Shown: positions 61,529 through 64,000 of the stretch, one piece after another
Numbering within the stretch: the first letter of the stretch is position 1
Layout of the letters: each line of letters begins with the position of its first letter
Source: Nitrosopumilus sp.
Lineage (GTDB): Archaea; Thermoproteota; Nitrososphaeria; Nitrososphaerales; Nitrosopumilaceae
Length of the DNA stretch: 64,000 nt
Assembly (NCBI GenBank): GCA_965197525.1
Contig: OZ240211.1
Span: 640,001 to 704,000 of the forward strand
Reading direction: 5' to 3'
The notes under the pieces: generated by a model
The model's input: the letters and a program-made list of their open reading frames with translations, nothing else
What the model was told of the DNA's origin: nothing
Database searches by the model: none
Position numbers and translations under genes: made by a program

Positions 61529-63043
61529 ATGATCTCCAGCAGAGGCAAGTCTTCCTCAATCGGGGGGGGCAGCGCCTCAAACCAGCATCAAGCGGAATCA
61601 AAAACCGAACAATCTTCACAGCAGATAATCTGCCTGTTATGAGAGGTATGGAAGATGAAAGTGTAGATTTGATTTATCTTGATCCTCCGTTCAATTCTAA
61701 ACACAACTATGCTGCACCAATAGGGTCAAAGGCGGCAGGTGTCGAATTTAAGGACACATGGACACTTAGCGATGTGGATGTTGCATGGTGGGGTGAGATT
61801 GCAGAGATCAACGAATCCTTGTATTCGATTATAGGAACTGCTGGCAAAGTAGGAGGAAAATCTACAATGTCGTATCTGATATACATGGCAATTAGGATTT
61901 TGGAGATGCGCAGAATTCTAAAATCAACAGGTTCATTGTACCTGCATTGTGATGCCACTATGAATCATTATCTAAAACTAACATTAGATGCAATATTTGG
62001 TAGTTCGTGTTTCAAAAATGACATAACATGGAAACGACATTCATCCCACAATGATGGTAAAAAATACGGTAGGATTTCGGACTCTATCCTGTTTTATACA
62101 AAATCAAACAAGTATCGATGGAATAAAACACATATTCCATACACAGATGAATTTGTTAAAAAAACATTCAAACATAAAGATGAGCGTGGTAGATTTCAAC
62201 ATCAACCGTTAACAGCTGAAACAAAATCGGGCGGAGGATATGAATATACGTATCACGGACACAGTAGAATTTGGACACACCCTCAGGAATCTATGCTGAG
62301 ACTAGAAGAAGAAGGAAGGGTATATCTTCCTAAAAATAACGGCATACCGAGACAGAAATTTTATTTGAACGAATCGGAAGGAATGCCAATTCAGAATATA
62401 TGGATCGATATTCCCAAGATGTCAGGCAAGGAAAGATTAGGATATCCTACACAGAAACCATTGGCGTTGTTGGAGCGAATAATAGAATCAAGCAGTAGCA
62501 TAGGTGATATTGTGTTTGACCCATTCTGTGGTTGCGCTACAGCCTGTCTTGCAGCAGAGAAACAGGGTAGAAAATGGATAGGCTGTGACATATCTGAAAG
62601 AGCGTACTCGCTGATTGAACTTGCATCCACGTTATCATGATGTACGAGCAGGAAGTGACATATCTGAAAGAGCGTACTCGCTGATTGAACAGAGGCTTAG
62701 GGCAGATGCAGGAATTGCCAAATTCATTACAGGAGCTGGCGAAGTCATACATAGGACTGATATCCCACATAGAAAAGGCAGACGATCCAAGAACATCAAG
62801 CATACGTTATACGGAATCCAGCATGGGTACTGCAACGGTTGTAAATACCATTATCTATTCAAGGATTTGGAGGTAGATCACATCATACCAAAAGCAAAAG
62901 GCGGTCAGGATGATGACAAAAATCTTCAACTACTTTGTGGTAACTGCAACAGACGAAAAGGCGGAAAACTTACCATGACTGAACTTAATGCGGTGCTGGT
63001 TGCAGAGGGCATGAAGTTCGGTAAGGGGCGTTCTGGATCCTAG
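61529..63043 (+). pseudogene. Beta-class N6A/N4C DNA methyltransferase-HNH endonuclease fusion, interrupted twice
   Basis: DPPF and DPFCGCAT motifs; HNH DHIIPKAKGG...NLQLLCGNCN. Frame broken at G8 (61562-61569) and by a 70-bp duplication/insertion; repairing both gives one 481-aa ORF. Currently ORFs 61639-62640 and 62615-63043. Confidence 0.8.
62585..62690 (+). repeat. 36-bp direct repeat - 34-bp unique insert - 36-bp direct repeat inside the MTase-HNH gene
   Basis: GTGACATATCTGAAAGAGCGTACTCGCTGATTGAAC at 62585-62620 and 62655-62690; insert TTGCATCCACGTTATCATGATGTACGAGCAGGAA. Confidence 0.9.
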
Positions 63044-63100
63044 CTCCCGACACTTTCCAGCAAGAGTTAGATCCCGTCAAGTTAACAGAACCAAAAATTT

Positions 63101-63151
63101 ACCCCTCGACAGTTAACAGGAAGAATTACCACTCGTCAAGTTAACAGAACC
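63101..63151 (+). mobile_element. 51-bp remnant of the transposase-3' end of a second IS6 copy in opposite orientation
   Basis: Exact reverse complement of 59962-60012; 8 bp from the main element end. Confidence 0.85.
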
Positions 63152-63209
63152 TCATACTGGATGAGAAATTACACGATCATTTTTTGATTAAGAGATCTAT
63201 ATAGCCATG

Positions 63210-63540
63210 ACTAAATAATTGATTAGGGAATAATGAACATGTAATCCAAGATAGGGCTGCTGCTGTTATGCCGTCACTGTCTGGAATCTGCACCAAAGAT
63301 GCAAAATCTTGATCCCGGTACCTGGTGTGGGCAGATTAACGCTTATCTGTACTTGGTTATCTGTAGTTATAGTATCAAGACTGTTATTCCCAAACGCGTC
63401 TACTCTCGTCAAATCAAAATCAAGAGCTCGCTACAAATGCAGTCTAGTAGAGCCAATTAACGCAGTGACAGTAGTGGAGATACTATCAACAGCTGTATAC
63501 TGGGCAGGCAATGTGACCGCATCATAAATGGCACCGACTG
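63210..63540 (-). pseudogene. Remnant of an S-layer-type C-terminal domain gene (copy B, upstream part)
   Basis: RVDAFGNNSLDTITTDNQVQISVNL...RDQDFASLVQIPDSDGITAAALSWITCSLFPNQLF, frameshifted. Confidence 0.7.
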
Positions 63541-63756
63541 TGTCATCGAATCAACTATAATCTATTCTTTATTGACACGTATGAAGATCAATCAGTAATC
63601 CGAGCTAGTTGTTATTTTAAAATGCTCGTATATTAGCAGAGTAAAAAGCAGTATTTTATCAGAGGGCGTTTGGTAATTTTATCATCTGTCAATTTTCATT
63701 ATGCTATCTGAACATATTATCAGAATCGTGTAGAGAGGACTATAAACAGCTTATAC

Positions 63757-63981
63757 ATTATATAAAGAAGTTGTCAATGAAATTGAAAGTATTATATAAA
63801 GAAGTTGTCAATGAAATTGAAAGTATTATATAAAGAAGTTGTCAATGAAATTGAAAGTATTATATAAAGAAGTTGTCAATGAAATTGAAAGTATTATATA
63901 AAGAAGTTGTCAATGAAATTGAAAGTATTATATAAAGAAGTTGTCAATGAAATTGAAAGTATTATATAAAGAAGTTGTCAA
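63757..63981. repeat. 34-bp perfect tandem repeat, 6 units plus 21 bp
   Basis: Unit ATTATATAAAGAAGTTGTCAATGAAATTGAAAGT; paralogous to 58504-58591. Confidence 0.95.
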
Positions 63982-64000
63982 TAGTGTAAAATGGTCAAAG

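Larger units (their letters stand above)
59962..63092 (-). mobile_element. IS6-family compound transposon (3131 bp) with tRNA, AbrB-like and MTase-HNH cargo
   Basis: Perfect 18-bp TIRs GGTTCTGTTAACTTGACG (59962) / CGTCAAGTTAACAGAACC (63075-63092) enclosing an IS6-type transposase. Confidence 0.85.

Noticed and set aside
2245-63527. Many short ORF-track entries antisense to or overlapping real genes (e.g. 2984-3247, 6475-6885, 42013-42525, 49205-49664, 55269-55826)
   Set aside because: Shadow ORFs on the opposite strand or frame of well-supported genes or repeats; no independent motifs.
63757-63981. CRISPR array call for the 34-bp repeats (unit contains ATTGAAAG)
   Set aside because: Units are head-to-tail with no unique spacers, and no cas genes or leader are nearby; kept as a tandem repeat.

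Overview
Archaeal chromosomal window. Gene content and order point to a Nitrosopumilaceae-like thaumarchaeon (inference from the exosome operon, CofE, Zn-ferredoxin-like protein, split spc operon and S-layer-type C-terminal fragments). The many IS elements, pseudogenes and low-complexity expansions suggest a drifting, possibly host-associated lineage. Core blocks: NAD kinase-Nob1, XPF, prefoldin beta, pcc1-rpl37ae-rrp42-rrp41-rrp4-SBDS, rpo3-rpl18e-rpl13-rps9, two LeuC/LeuD-family pairs, cofE, 2-oxoacid:ferredoxin oxidoreductase, tRNA-Ser(GGA), cbf5-cmk-DUF106-adk-secY-rpl15-rpl30-rps5-rpl18, argF-ftsY-pfdA. From about 51.2 kb to the end is a decaying accessory/defence island. Main unusual system: three ~1.29 kb elements that encode only an intact TnpB but are bounded by 25-bp IS6-like terminal inverted repeats (consensus GGTTCTGT...), two of them with 8-bp target duplications. 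These look like non-autonomous DDE-type elements carrying TnpB, with the putative omegaRNA guide fixed inside the element. A candidate helper lies at 59962-63092: an IS6-family compound transposon with related ends. Its cargo is an intron-containing tRNA with a long variable arm and GAA anticodon, an AbrB-like gene, and a methyltransferase-HNH gene. That gene is out of frame at a G8 tract and also carries a 36-34-36 bp repeat-spacer-repeat insertion resembling off-target CRISPR spacer acquisition.
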